Source: Camelus ferus | Lineage: Eukaryota | Direction: 5' to 3' | DNA: 64,000 bases | NCBI RefSeq assembly: GCF_009834535.1 | Contig: NC_045696.1 | Span: 115,074,001 to 115,138,000, forward strand | Part shown: positions 11,875-26,156 of the stretch, piece by piece | Layout: every line of letters starts with the position of its first letter | How positions within the stretch are numbered: the first letter of the stretch is position 1 | The notes under the pieces: generated by a model | Told to the model about the DNA's origin: nothing | Databases searched by the model: none | Seen by the model: the letters and a program-made list of their open reading frames with translations, nothing else | Position numbers and translations under genes: made by a program

Positions 11875-13579
11875 GTCAATATTTTTTTTTTTTGAAAAGG
11901 ATACATTTGGTTAGAGAAACAAAACTGTTAGACCTGGAAGAATTTTTGTTTTTCTGGAAATGACGCACCATTAGTAATGTAAGGAAGAGGAGAAAACAAC
12001 TTCTCTCTCTGGAACAACATAGTTTCAAGTATAATTTCTGGTTTACCAAAAACTTTCCAAATAACATATAAATCCTTCCCTCTTCTGGGCTGCATGCCTC
12101 TTTCCCCATGTTTCTTTTAGCTTTCCCGATTAGACCATATGCTAATGTTTATTACTTGTGTATTTCACCTTAGTGAACATATGTATTGGTTTAGGTATTT
12201 TTAAAAAGTAATTTCATTTCAATCCCACTTCCAAATCACATTGTGTTCGCTATATTCCTGAGAGCGCTGAGGGTCATTCAGCAGGGAGCATCATCCAACT
12301 GGAGAATTTTGGAGGAATCATATGTTATCATAACAACGTTCTGGAGGGAAAACTGTTCTAAGCAAATTTTACAACGGAAAAAATGTAAGCCATTTGCTAT
12401 ATGGTCACACGGAATCTATTTAGCACTATGAATTTCATCTCTTTTTGCTTCTTTTCCCCCAAACCTAAACAAATACACAAACTCTAGATAGCCTCACTGT
12501 GTTTTATCTTTCCTTCTTAGCTGTTGAGAATCTCCTGTTTTCTGGCTAGATCTCACTTATGACACTGCCTCTATTAGATCTGAATTTAAATAAATACTAA
12601 AATGCTGTAAATCCATGTTTATTTAAAGCCAGGACTATCTGTGAGTGAACAAGTGGATTTATGTAAGGCCATTTATTTAGCATTTCCTAGGCCAGTCAAT
12701 CACTTAGGATATACACAAATAACAGAAAGTATAATGAAATTGCTTTTTAGAAAGTGATCCTTTTTTGGGCATGCCTAACTAGGAAGGCACGTGTACAGTG
12801 AAGCTCAGTGTTGACTGATTCAAAAGGTCAGGGATAGAATCATCAACCATCTATTCTGAAGTCTGAAGTGCCAACTTCCTCCTCAAATTTCATAGGATGG
12901 GATGGCAAAAGTTGCATCTTTCCTCATTCCTATTGAATGGAAGAAAGAGAATCTCCTGTTATCTTCTCCAGGTAAACAAAAAAGGTCTTTCTAAGAAGCC
13001 CACAAAGAACACTTTGGAAAAAGTTGGGGCAATAGATACCCAGGAACATGCTGTAAAAGGTTCTTATCTTTGATCTAATAATGTCTTTATGACTCTTAGC
13101 TTAAACGAATATTTCAAAGAGAAATTTCTCTGTGTCCAATTGGTCACATCATGGCAGGTGTCTATTCCCAAGTCAATCCTTCATACAGGGGATGGAGTTT
13201 TGGTACCTGGACTTGGAGGTCAAGATGAGATGAGATCAGTGGTGAGTCTCGTGGGCTGTGTGCCTATTTGAACATAATGAGGGTACTTCAGGAAAGAAAG
13301 AGAAGGAAATAGGTGTCAGGTAACTAACAGCAGGGTCCACATTAGCTGGCTGGCTGTGTATGAAATACAGTGAGACTGATGTTACAGAACAACTCTATCC
13401 CCCTTTCCTTTTTTGGCTTATTTTTATTCTGCTGTTATGACTAACAAAGATCACAACCAGATAAAAGATTTTGTGGTTATTAATTTCATTGTCACCGCTA
13501 AAGTCATCCTAAAATGACTTTTTCTTACTTTCAGTGGAACTTCTCCAAAATAACTATCTTTCATGTAATTTTTAAAATG

Positions 13580-14335
13580 ACTGCTGGCTAGGTTGTGCAG
13601 CCATTACCACAATCAGTTTGGGAACCTTTTCATCATTCCATATCCATTTGCAGTCACTTCCCATTTGCCCCAAACCTAGGCACCCACTAATCTCTCTATA
13701 ACTCTGCCTAGATTCTAGACAATTCTAGATAATTCTAGATAATTCATATAAATGGACTTTCACAATCTGTGGTCTTTTTGCTCCATTTTAAAAATTTTGT
13801 CAACATGTACATAACATAAAATTTACCATTTTAGCCATTTTTACAGTGTATAGTTCAATGGCATTAAGTACATTCAGATGGTATGCAACCATCACCACTG
13901 TCCATCTCCAGAATTTTTTCATCTTCCCAAACTGAAACTCGGTATCCTTTCAACAGCTCCCTATTCCCCTCCACCAGTCCTTGTCAGCCCCCATTCTGCT
14001 TTCTGTCTTGATGAATCCGACTACTCCAGCTGCCTCATAGATGTGCTATTTTTCGTTTTGTGTCTGGCATATTTCACTTGGCGAAACGTCCTCAAGGTTC
14101 ATCCATGTGGTAGCACATATTTGAAGCTCACTCCTTCTTATCACCAAATTACACTCCATTATATAAATATAGCATACTTTATCTATTCATCAGTTGACAG
14201 CATTTGTCTTGTTTCAACTTTTTGGCTGTATAAATAATGCGGCTGTGAACATTTATGTACAGGTCTTCATGGGGAAGTAGGTTTTCATGTCTCTTGGGTG
14301 TATAGTCCTAGGAATAGAATTACTAGGCTGTGTAG
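13580..14335 (-). mobile_element. Old L1 (L1MB/MC-like) 3' ends, probably two nested pieces
   Basis: acataacataaaatttaccattttagcc; tcaaggttcatccatgtggtagca; tttggctgtataaataatgcggctgtgaacatt. Confidence 0.75.
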
Positions 14336-14894
14336 ATTTTCTCTTTGAAATATTCCTTTAATCCAAGAGTTCTAAAGATATTATTAGATTGAAAGATAAG
14401 AACCTTTTACAGCATGCTCCTCGATACCTATTGCTCAAACTGATTTCCCAAAGGGTTCTCAAATGTCTGTAACCTTCCTAGCAGTGGGTATTTTTTTTTC
14501 CTAAAGTGTGTGTTAATTTAAGAGTAAGAATTTAACTTTGTTGTTTTAACATGGGTTTTTTTTAAAAAATTATTTTTATTAGCTGCTATTCCTCCAGAGG
14601 CTAGAGCACCAGATGGGAAAACCAGCTAATATATGAGCCTTACTCAGATGGATTGCTTCTGACTGCTCCCCACAAATTCCCTTGACCACCTCAAATGCTA
14701 GGATGGTGACAACGAGTGTTTCTCTTTACCCAGTTCTAAAGGGCAGCTCTTTGCAGGAGTTGGTCAAAGCTTTCTGGCTTTACTGAGCACAGCAGGTGTG
14801 AGCCTTGGGGAACAAAGTGGAGTCCTTCTCCCAGCTTGGAATTTTGTAATCACTCTTTTTTTAATTGAAATATAGTTGACATACAAAATAACAT

Positions 14895-14990
14895 GAATCT
14901 ATTAAAAACTACTGAATTGTATACGTTAAATGGGGGAATTGCACGGTCTGTGAATTATATCTCAGTAAAGGTGTTGAAAGAAAGGGAAAA
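14895..14990 (+). mobile_element. Old L1 3' terminus
   Basis: actgaattgtatacgttaaatgg...tgtgaattatatctcagtaaag followed by an A-rich tail. Confidence 0.6.
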
Positions 14991-15880
14991 AGCTACATAT
15001 GTTAAATATAGTATTATTAAAATTCTTGAAACTACTCAAATATGAATTTAAAAGTTATAGCTAAGTCCGTCATGGTAATTTTATGGTAACTCAAACATTA
15101 TAAAGCCATTATAATGAATCATTATTAAAACTATATGGAAAACATTTTGTAATGGTGCAAAGAACACAAAACATAAAATTATTTTTCTTAAAAAGAATGC
15201 ATATGGGTAATGCCTGGAAGAGAAATGGGAAAAAAATTGAAAATAATCAATGTGTTGCAGTATTTCACTTAGAGGCAAATCTTCAAATTTTTTCTATTAT
15301 TATTGTTTTATAAAGAAGGAAAGGGATGTTGCACTTCAAGAGACTAAGAAATAAAATGGCAAACTGTAACTAAGGGGAAAAAGGGGTACTGGTTATCTAG
15401 AATATTCAGATGTATACCATGATTGCATGCTTCCTATGGTCTACATTTACCACTCAAACACATACTACCTTTTAAACAAACGCTTAAATAGGAGGTAGAT
15501 AGCATTTTCTTATTTCACAGACTGACCTGAGAACTGGGCAGATTAACTGATATGCTTGAGGTCATCGATTTATTAGGTTGCACAGTTCAGAGTGCCCAAG
15601 TCTTTGACTCCACAGAGTCCTAATTTTCTATAGTATTTTGCTTTAGGGAACTGTTGTAACAAATTACTATAAACTGAGTGGCTTAAAACAACAGAACTGT
15701 AGTCTTCCCCAGTCCTGGAGGCCAGAAATTCAGAATCAAGGTATCTACAGGGCCATGTTCTTTCGGCGTGCTCGACAGCAGAATCTGTCCCTTGCCTCTT
15801 CCAGCCTTGGTGGTTGTTGGGATTCCTTGACTTGGGGCCACTCCTCTCTCTGCTCCGTCTCCACATTGTCATTGTCTTCT

Positions 15881-16525
15881 TCTTCTTCCTCTTCCTCTTC
15901 CTCCTCCTATTCCACTTCCTCTCCTTCTCCTCCTCCTCCTCCTTCTTCTCCTTCTCCTCCTCCTCCTCTTTCTTCTTTTTTAATTGAAGTACAGTCAGTT
16001 ACAATGTGTCAATTTCTTGTGTACAGCATACTGTCCCAGTATACATATATATACATGTATTTGTTTTCATATTCTTTTTCATCAAAAGTCATTACAATAT
16101 ATTGTATAGAGTTCCCTGTGCTATACAGAAGAAATTTGTTTTTTTTAATCTATTTTTATGTATAGTGGTGAACTTTTGCAAACCTCAAACTCCCAAATTT
16201 TCCCTTCCCACCCCATTTCCCCCAGTAACCATAAAATTGTTTACTGTGTCTGCAAGCCTGTTTTGGTTTTATAGATGAGTTTATTAATGTCCTTTTTTTT
16301 TCTTTCTTTCTTTCTTTCTTTTTTTTTTTTTTTTTTGGATTCCACATTTGAGTGATATCATATGGCATTTTTTTCTTTCTCTTTCTGGCTTACCTCACTT
16401 AGAATGATGATCTCCAGGTCCATCCATGTTGCTGCAAATGGCATTATTTTACTTTTTATTGCTGAGTAGTATTCCATTGTATACACATACCACAACTTCT
16501 TTACCCAGTCATCTGTTGATGGACT
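15881..16525 (-). mobile_element. 5'-truncated young L1 3' end with (CTT/CCT)n tail
   Basis: ORF 16358-16693 includes DWVKKLWYVYTMEYYSAIK...PFAATWMDLEIIILSEVSQ. TSD cattgtcttct on both sides. Confidence 0.9.
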
Positions 16526-16646
16526 CACATTGTCTTCTCCACAGTGTGTAGTGTTGAACCTCCCCCTCATCTCTATTATAAGGATACAACTGATTGTGCA
16601 CCTGGATGACCCAGGATAAACTCCTCCCTTCAAGATCCTTAATTTA

Positions 16647-16772
16647 GGGGAGAGGGTATAGCTCAAGTGGTAGTGTACATGCTTAGCATACATGAGGCCC
16701 TGGGTTCAGTCCCCAGTACCTCCTCTAAAAGTAAATAAATAAACCTAATTACCTCCATGCACCTCCCCAAAA
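16647..16772 (+). mobile_element. tRNA-derived SINE (camelid Vic-1-like)
   Basis: ggggagagggtatagctcaagtggtag...ctgggttcagtccccagtacctcc. Perfect 15-bp TSD aagatccttaattta at 16632-16646 and 16773-16787. Confidence 0.92.
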
Positions 16773-17551
16773 AAGATCCTTAATTTAATGACAACTTTTG
16801 CTATGTAAGAATGATATTCACTCTTTTGCCATATAAGATAGTAATCACAGGTTCCAGAAACTAGGATATGGACATATCTTTGGGACCACTTTTCAGCCCA
16901 TTAAAGCTACCGGGCTAAAAACCTGATTAAAAGAAAACTCAATGGTACAGAATTCCTGCCTCTCTTCATCTCTGCTGAGTTCCTAGTATCCAAGACAACA
17001 CGGTATTTGATAGAGTACGTACTCAATAAACATTTGTTAACTGGATAAACAGATACAAGCTTCAGTATATTGGAGTAAAATTGTCCTGATACCAGTAGAA
17101 TGTGTCCTACCATTGAAAAGAAGCAGTGAGTGAAGGCGTAGCTGAGGAAATGAGATTTATTTCATATAAGATATTCAGATCGTCTCATAAAAAAGTTTTG
17201 ATCACAAGGATATCCCTAAGTGAAGTCAGAGACATAACTGAATAACTGCTACGTGAATTGTCTCCCTGTTACCGTGGAGAAACAGAAGAAGTTACAAAAG
17301 GAAGCAGAGGAACTCATGGAATCAGATCATCATCAAGTTTACAAGAACCCGAAATGTTGTCTAGTCCAATTTCACACCCAGTGACAAATGATCACACTTA
17401 TAAAATGCTGACGGCTCCATTTAAATGCCCCAGTGCTGCGAATCACACCACCTGACTGTTCAGCCCATTACCTCATCAGGCTGATCCAGGAAGAGAAGGT
17501 GAATTAATAGTTAAGTGTCAAAAATATGCAGTTAATTACATAGGCATTGTC

Positions 17552-17651
17552 NNNNNNNNNNNNNNNNNNNNNNNNNNNNNNNNNNNNNNNNNNNNNNNNN
17601 NNNNNNNNNNNNNNNNNNNNNNNNNNNNNNNNNNNNNNNNNNNNNNNNNNN
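17552..17651. other. Assembly gap (100 N)
   Basis: Exactly 100 N, the usual placeholder for a gap of unknown size. Confidence 0.99.
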
Positions 17652-17659
17652 TTTAATTA

Positions 17660-19200
17660 AGGGAATCAGATAATTTTTTTTTTTGTAAAATGTGTCATGT
17701 TCTCAATTTGACTGATTACATTCCTTCGGTGGCATTTACCTTGTTCCTCTGTGCCCTGTGTATCTTTTAAACTAGCAGTTATATCTTTAGACTTGATGAA
17801 GTTCAGGATTGATTTTTTTTTTTCTTGGCGAGAGTGTATTGTAAGTGGTTCTTTCTACTGCATTCTGTCAGAAAGTGCAAAACGTTTTATTATCTTTTTG
17901 CACGGAGTTAAAATCTATCAGTGAATTTAGGTTTTGTTACCTTCATCCATTCATTATACAGGTCACCATGAGGCAACCTTTTACCAGATACTTTAGCAAC
18001 AACTGATCTTTGCCTAGATACATAATTTCATTAGAATTTGCAAAATGGTGACATTCTAATTCTATCTTTCCTTCTGCATTAATTAGCTGGAATTCTTTTG
18101 ATAAAGAGGTACCACTTGCTTATTAATTGTTTGGTTTCCTGAAGTACAGTTCACACAGCAAAGGCAGAATAAATGCTAAGTGCTTTTCTTCCTTTAGGAG
18201 TTTTCAAAATAATTAATTGGTGCCATATATTAGCAACCTGTAAATATGTTTGACTTCTTTTTTGTTTTGTTGTTTTTGTTGAGTTCTCACATTTTAAGGT
18301 AATTTATATATAGTCAACAAATTACCTCCATTATGTTTTTTTGTAGTTGTTAAAACTGTTCCCTCTTGAAAAGTGGGAGTCTCTTCTACTGACTCTTGGT
18401 TCTTTTGAAATGAACCACAGTAGTCTTTGATAGCTCTCTTGCTTCTAATATGAAAGTATATTCTGGTTTCATCTTGAACAGTTCCTCTCCCAGTCCTGAG
18501 AATCAGCAATTTTCTCAAGAAGTTCTAGTTCTCCTAAATAGGATATGTTTTCCAAAGACCAAATCTTGGTGATTCAGGTGCTCATTACTAAGGTATTTGT
18601 AATTTTCAGGATAATTTCATCATATGAGCTAAGAAACAGGATTTATGCTAAATACAATAAGATATCTTATATTGGTATTTTCAATTCAAATTTAAGATTT
18701 CAGGTTATTTGTATTAACTTCTTTGAGTTTTGCATCTGTATCCCTTTTCTATGTCCTTTCTCCTACATAGAAAATGTGGTTTCTAAAGACCTTGACTTAA
18801 TTACGTATTTCATGTTAACCTATATAATAATATGATTACCATTTAAAGTAACTTTGTAATTTATTTTATCCTTTGGATATATTCACCAGGAATGTATATT
18901 CAAAGGTCTTTGTTTAACTCACTCAAATAAATCTCACCAATGCAGTTGGGTGTCCAACTTGACACACAGCTAGTTTCATTTGATTCATTTTGTTTAATAA
19001 TTATGTAAAACATTTATAGGGATCCAAAACCAAATTTTGAAACAAGAGATATTCAGAGAATCCAGCTTCAGTCTCTATTCTCTCCACTATGCTCCATTCC
19101 TTCCCCATAGGTAACCAAGTTTTTTCGTTTTGTTTTACATTTTCACTGTTTAATATAAATAAATGTGTGTGAGAGTAGTGTGTGTACATGCATACTCACA
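17660..19200 (-). mobile_element. Old L1 (L1MC-like) 3' region
   Basis: gcaaaatggtgacattctaattctatctttccttctgcattaattagctggaattctt and similar T-rich L1MC-type text. Confidence 0.55.
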
Positions 19201-19214
19201 CATACACAGCGTTT

Positions 19215-19720
19215 TTTAAAATAAGAAGCAGCATCTTTCTTTTTATCATGAATAGTAGATGCTTTTTCCACATTGGTTGATATAATTATATAGTTTTCAT
19301 CTTTAGATTGATTGATTTTTAAATATTGCACCCACCTTGCATTCCTGCAATAAATCCCATTTGACCATGGTGTAATTTTCTTTGTATACATCGCTGAATT
19401 TGCTATTGTTTCACTGATGATTTTTTAGTCAATGTTCATGGAAGATATTGGTCCTTTTTTTTTTTTTTGTATTGTCTGTGTCAGTTTTGGTATTAGGACA
19501 ATGCTGGTCTCATAAAATGAATTGAGAAATATTCCTTTATCTTCTATTTTCTGGAAGAGATTGTGTAAACTGGGAGTTAGTTCTTCCTGAAATGTTTGGG
19601 AGAATTCTCCAGTGAAACAATCTATGCATCTATGCCTAGATACCTTGTTTCAGAAAGTTCTTTTTTTTTTTTAACTAGGAATTTAATTTCTTTTCTAGTG
19701 ATAGCTCTATTCTGACTATT
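19215..19720 (-). mobile_element. L1 ORF2 (RT region) fragment
   Basis: ccaccttgcattcctgcaataaatcccatttgaccatggtg; ggtattaggacaatgctggtctcataaaatgaatt; ctggaagagattgtgta. Confidence 0.8.
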
Positions 19721-19739
19721 GGTTTTCTGTTTAGTCCCT

Positions 19740-20700
19740 CGGTGTTTTCTGTTCTTCTTCCTTCCCTCCTGGTTCACACTTTTGTATTCAATCTTAATTT
19801 ATCTTCAGAGTTTTGAATCTTCACATCGTGGTTTTAGTGGTTGCTCTAGGGGTTACATACATGTCTAAGTTATCACAATTTATGATCTTGTTTCAATATT
19901 TTATAATATCAAGGGGAAAGTAACAACCTTACCACTCTCGAGGTCCTTCTTCCTCCCCCACCTTTATAACAAAATGATCTTGAATGTTACCTGTACATGC
20001 AGTGAAAATCCCATCAGACGATGTTATAATTTTTGCTTTCAATCATCAAATATAATTTTAAAGCCTAAAGTGGTTAAGACTAGCCTGTTATATTTACCCA
20101 GATATATACCATCTCGGTTGCTCTTTGTTTATTTCTGAAAACTTCCTGAATTTCAATGTCTTTTTCTTTGCTAAGACTTTAATTTTTCCTTTTTTTTTTT
20201 TCTTCCAAGAGTGTTTGTAATAGCTTGCTGGAGCATTTTATGATCACTGCTTTAACGTCTTCATTCAGATCATTCCAGCATGTGGGTCATCTTGGCACTT
20301 GGCATCTTTTGATTATCTTTTGTCATTCCAGTTGAGATTTTCCGAGTTCTAGAGATGATGAACTATTTTGCATTGCATCCTGAACATGTGAGGTTATGAG
20401 ATTCTGGTTTCTATTTAAGTCTTCTGTTATGGCATGCAGGCAACCCCTTGAAGTTGGGAATGTATGCCCTGGCTGTCTTTGTGGGCTGTAGTTCAAATGT
20501 CGATTTGGCTTTCAAAGCCTTTGAAGTACGATTCATCCTAGCCTATCTAATTGTGTGCTAGCCAGACACCCGTCTGAGACCTGAGCAGTGTTACTCAGCG
20601 TTTGTTCAGTTCTCAGGGCTTCTGCTGTTTTGATTATGGTTGGTCTCCTGCAGGAACTGCTCCAGAGTGTGCCCTGGGACCTCCCACACTGAGTCAAAGC
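19740..20700 (-). mobile_element. Decayed old L1 upstream/ORF1-like segments
   Basis: T-rich L1-like text continuing from the ORF2 fragment. Boundaries uncertain. Confidence 0.4.
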
Positions 20701-23700
20701 CATTGCTTCATCCAGGTCATATCTTTCCGCAATCGTTCCCCCATTCTCTAGTTGGGAGAGTCAGGCGATTTGTCCCTTTGCTGTCCTCAGCAAAGGGCAG
20801 GAGAGGAAGAGTTGACAATTCTCCATGAAAGGCCTGTATGTAGACACAGCGCTGACGAAGGGTTGGAGAGGTGTGGTGCTTACAGCGGTGCAGGGCAAAG
20901 AGAGTCAACCGGGTTCTCCTCACAGTCTGCAATTATCTGGCCCCTCACAGAGCAGGGAGTGGGGAGTCCTGGCTTCTGGGGTTTGCCTGGAGGAGAGGAG
21001 GCGTATCCAAAAAGGTTTTCTCTCTTAGGTCCTTTTATAAAGAGAGTGTGTTTTTCTGGGTGGCTTTCTTTATAAGTATGCCTGTAGGAGTTATTTAATG
21101 CAATCCTTCAAGCATCTTCAATTTGTTTCTTTCATCTATTGGAGATAATTCCAATACCCTTTTGTTTTTCCCTGTCACTTTTATTTCACATGCAAGGAGA
21201 GTATGTAGATGAGCTTTTGTCTTCTTTCTAAGGTAAAGAAGTAAGCTCCTTAATACACTCTTTAACATTCAAGTCTTACCTTTACCTATATCATTTAAAC
21301 TACCCAAGAAAGACTCTCATGGTTTTCATGGTTTCCAACATTTTGTATTCTGTATATATTTTTAAAAAGATTATTACTAATGATTGCATGTGTATGTATG
21401 CCATATATACAGATATATTTATATATACATATGTAAAATATTGCTCACATACATATTAATCCAGTCACATTAAAATAAATGAATTCAAACATACATTCAC
21501 TACCTTATCTTTGACCACTGACATCTTCAAGTTTTCATAAATTATATACTTTTTGCATGTATCATATAACATTTAACACTTATTTTCATCAATTATGATT
21601 TTTTCACATCTTCCTATTGTAACTTATATTAATTATTTGCTTGCTTTTTATTTCTAAAACTTTTAGTTTTATTTTCCCTCACTCATAAAAATGATCTATA
21701 TGAATTATTTATTTTGGAAGGAAACCTAGTAAGTTAGAGCAGAACCCACTTCAGAAAATGCATATTAAAACTGATGACTGACAACATCTTTCATCTTCCT
21801 TGTGGAATCCAACATCTGATAACGTTTTGCTTCTGAAGCAGATGGACAATTTTCTGTTTTCTTATAAGTCAAGGGGAGACAGGACCGTGTGCCTGGCGTG
21901 CCCCAGTCATTGCAATCGACTTTCTCAGCAATGAGGGCATCGGGACGAGCTATGGAATAGACAATGTGGAAAGAGCAGATTTAGAAATCAATTTAAAGAC
22001 TTTATATATTATATCTAAGAAACTGCTTTCTATTTCTTATCAGCACAATGCAGCTCCTGTCTGTGGACACCAGAGGAAAATTCTGACAGCGTTTGGAGAC
22101 ATTTTGAGTCAAAGTGAACCGCTTTTCTGGGGTTCTCTGCTCGGTACTTAGTAAACTCAAGACGACCCTAGTAACAGCTTCAATCCCCTCAGTTAAATCT
22201 TTCAAAACTTTCTTCCTAGGCATTGGTTTCTACTCCCAATCTTATCACATCCTGTGTTAATTAGACACAAGCCAAGGTCTGTAAAATTATGCCAGTGACA
22301 AAAAAATTTAGGAAACTGGGGGATCTTTTCAGCATTTGTACTATTTGAGGCAGCTGTCAAGAAGAGGAGAGAATATTATCATCGAACTACCTCTTCCTTC
22401 TGGAAAATAATATTACTAGTATATTCAGAAGAGTTCTTCCATCTTTTTCTATGACAGTCTCATGTTTTCAGGGAAAGTTACTAAGTAGATCAATTTTAGC
22501 TTCAGGTGAAATAAGGCTGGTCCAGGGACCGTGATCCACGGTGTCAGTAAATCCTCCTGATCTTTTTCATTCACCATGATTAGGGGAGGCCGCCATCCTC
22601 ACACATGTGAGCTGAAGAGCAAAGAGCTAGTTTATCTGCAGACATCAAGCAAGCAGTCTCTGTAACAAGAGGGAACGTGAAGGGAAGTGGGAAAAGGGAC
22701 CAACCGAGTAGAACGTTCTTACTTCCCCAACCGGAAAACTTCTGCTTACATTTAATCATCACTGTGTCACATGGGCCGCCCTAACTTCAAGGCTGGCTGG
22801 GAAATATCGATGCCCCAACTTAATCGGGGTTCTGTTTGTGAAGGGAACTGGAGGGTTAGAGAGTGGAAAGTTAGCCGAAACGTGTTCAACGTGAGAGATT
22901 TGAATTTCTTGTGTATTAGAACCTCAGGAGATTTGTAACTGTTTTTTTTTTTTTTTTTTATTACAACAGGTATGTTTGTGTATGGGGGTGTTTCTGCATT
23001 TAAGGAAAAGTAGGAAACACACGTATGCAACAACAGCTTCTCCTATTTAAAGGAAAATGTTACCAGCTTGCATTATGCACAGAAATGTTTAATTGCCCTT
23101 GTTTTAATTTTTGTCCTTTTTCCCCAATCCTACTTTTGGCTTCCTATGTCTTGAACATTTAGTATCAAGGAGGAAGGATAAAAATAAAATCTCTACTAAG
23201 GTACTCTCTTTTTAAACACATTTGGCCATACTTGAGGCTAGACAATGCAAAATTAAGATTTGAACTATTGGCACATGACAAATGTCTAAGAAATACTTTT
23301 CTCCTGTAAATTGATGCAGATTTTGAATTGAGGGTAAGAGACTAGGTAACTGTGAACATAGTGTTTATTATGACCTTTTCTACCTCGGGGAGCAAATGTG
23401 TCTCCACATATTATCAAAGAAACAGATGGAGTCCTCGCACTGATGTTTGACTTAGCCTACATTCTTGCTTTGTTCTATTGAAATAACAATGGGAAATTCA
23501 TCTGGGCTCATTTTCAAAGATCTTATATGAAGACTGAGTAAATATTTTTTGTAAGAACTGTGAGAGTATCTCAGAGACTTTCCTCAAACCTTCCTCAGAA
23601 GTGGGGCCTTGTCAGAAACGGATGTATTTAGAGATGACACTGAAAAACAGACGTCAGTGTTTGGAAAAGCTCAATAAGTAACATAAACAGAGCACTTGTT

Positions 23701-24137
23701 TTGTTAAAAATATAACACTAACACTAAACAATTATTTAAATATATTTTAAGTGTGATATGTTATTGGCATGGTAAGAATTAGGAACCAATACCTACAAAT
23801 AAGAATTAGAATATAATTTTGTATTTGTTAACTCAATACCATCTTTTATGTGACAAAAATGAACTTTTATCTACAAGAACTCTAATGCCAGGCCATATGA
23901 TTTTTGTAGCCTCTTCCTGTTTTCCTATTTACTTTTAACCTTGGCAAGTCAAATCGTCATTAGGATGTCCACAAACTTTGCAGCTTTTGACATGGTAAAT
24001 GGGTGGGACAACTTCAAGTTGCTGTTTACTTTCATCCTGTCATAAACCAGCACGTTCTAGATCTACACTGAATGCAAGTCCAAGTGGAGATATGCTCAGG
24101 TGTAAATCCGACTTGTTAAGACTTCATTCTAGAAAGG

Positions 24138-24323
24138 AATGCAAAGTATCTCAATAATTTTATATTCTTGACATATTAAGGTGATCATGCTTTGGATATA
24201 CCGAGTCATGTAAACTAGACTATTAAAATTAATTTCCACTGTTTCTTTACTTTTTAAAATGTGGCTTTTAGAGGATCAAAAATTACACATGTGATTGGCA
24301 GGATATTTTTATCGGACAGTACT
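24138..24323. mobile_element. MER33-like hAT-Charlie fragment
   Basis: aatgcaaagtatctcaataattttatatt...aaaattaatttccactgtttctttactttttaaaatgtggct...ggacagtact. Confidence 0.7.
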
Positions 24324-24539
24324 CTTCTAAGTCCTTCATCTCCTCCCTCTTTCTTTCTTCTGGTTTCCCACAATAGTGTGGATTATGAAATGGGCTAGAT
24401 TCACCTCAGGAAAATCGGAAGGAGCTCAGCATTGATTTCAGAAAAAGCACACCTGGGCAATGAAATTTCCATTCCGGAGATAAATGAATGGTTTCCAAAC
24501 TTGGCTTTTATTGTAAGAATTACTGCTGGTGCTCTGTGA

Positions 24540-24733
24540 ACATACAGATGCTAAGGTTTCTCTCCTTGAGATTGTTTATTTTTGAAATTGAAGTGCAGTT
24601 GATTTACAATGTTGTGTTAGTCTCAACTCATCCACGAGATTCTTTTCTCGGGTCAAAGGGAAGAGTCCAGGGATTGTATCTTCAACAATAAACCTCAGGT
24701 AAATTTTCTGCCTGGGAAAGTTGGGAGACCACT
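24540..24733. mobile_element. MER5-like fragment containing a very short L1 3' tip (about 24575-24624, minus)
   Basis: cagggattgtatcttcaacaataaacctcaggt...gttgggagaccact. Inside it lies aattgaagtgcagttgatttacaatgttgtgttagt. Confidence 0.45.
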
Positions 24734-26156
24734 AAGAGAGGGAAATACAAACAGATTTTTATGAGTCGATTTGAAAATTAAATTTCATTACTGTGCAGTG
24801 TTTAGTTCCTTGCTTTGACAATGAAATCTGTAAAAAATTAAGCATGTGTGGTTTAGAGGAAGAAATTCTGCAGTGACGTTGTTCTGTTCCCCTATAAAAA
24901 TAGTGCTAGCTTCATGTATACTTTTATGATGACCTCAATTTACCATTAAAGAAACTAGTTCATATGGTTTCTTCCAGCCCTAATTAACTAGTACAAAATG
25001 GGAATATTATATTGAGTAGAGGAAGTAGATTATTAAAATAAAATGGGTGGTACAGTTCTTTTGGTAAATTGGAATTCTTGGAGGACGTGGCTGATGATCC
25101 TGTTTGTAGTTTAGAGCAGGAGGGACCAAGAGTCCTGACGAAATGATGCTGGAGTCCGTATCAGCAAGAGCGTTACTGGGCACCTGTGTCGTAACATTCT
25201 GTTTTCAGGTACTAAGTGCAAAAGGAGTTAGATTGGTGTGACAAACAAGAGAGAAAAGGGAAGGAAGGAAGAAACAGAAGGGAAGGAATAAGGGAGGAAG
25301 GAAGGCAAGCCGCACTTGAGTACTAGACAAATCAGCACGCTTTGCTGCGTGGCTAACACGCACATCAGTCACACGGGGCAAATGAGCACAAGGGTGTAGG
25401 CAAGACTCTTTATTCGATTCTGTCGATGTATGGACATTCTACCTTACGGTTTCCAAAACACATTGAAAGTGACCTCTCCCAGATTCCTGTTTTGTGGTCG
25501 ATGGGAGGTAGATGGCAGCAACGTGCATTTCAGCCAAATGCTGATTAACCAAGGGAAAATGTTTCGTCTTTGATGAGATCTTGCGCTCCAGGCACCTGCC
25601 CATTCTTCCTCCACGTCTGCCTCTGGCTGCTCCACTGCTCATCAACATCTCCACCCGATGGATGGGAAAGGGTAAAGGGAAAGCCAGTCTTGTCCGCACT
25701 ACCATACTCCTGGCATCTCCGCGGAGAGTTGTGATGGGGAGAAGTCCCGATGTCAGAGGTGGGGTGGTCAAAGATTACTTGGCTCACCCATTTTATAAAG
25801 GACAAAACCGGTCTTCAGCGGAGCCGTGGGTCCAGGTTGTATGGTCAGAGACAAATGTCTGAATCGTAGAGTGGTCTTTTGTGACTTCTCCTCATCACAA
25901 ATAGGCTGTTTTACTTAAACTGGATTGAACGGACACTATGAACTCGTGGATTTCACACCTATAACCACGAGTCGTTGAGAATCAGCAGTACCAACATTCA
26001 GAGCCTGATTTACATTTGAGTCCACACGGTGAAAGCTGCCAGCGACGGATGCCACACCTGAACATGCACATTTTCACGCAGATTGATGAGAAATGCACAC
26101 ACATCACTTACACAGGCACATGATCTCCTTCTCCCCACCTCTCTCGTGTGTGGGGA

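Larger units (their letters stand above)
15629..16904 (-). mobile_element. MLT1C/D-like LTR interrupted by an L1 and a SINE
   Basis: tgtaacaaattactataaactgagtggcttaaaacaacag...ctggaggccagaaattcagaatcaagg. It resumes after the L1 at about 16526 and after the SINE at about 16773, ending cacaggttccag...cagcccatta. Confidence 0.75.

Noticed and set aside
15755..16165. Ser/Pro-rich 136-aa ORF
   Set aside because: It reads through an MLT1, a (CTT/CCT)n tract and an antisense L1.
16647..16720. tRNA gene
   Set aside because: It is the tRNA-like head of a SINE with a tail and a 15-bp TSD, and it recurs four times.
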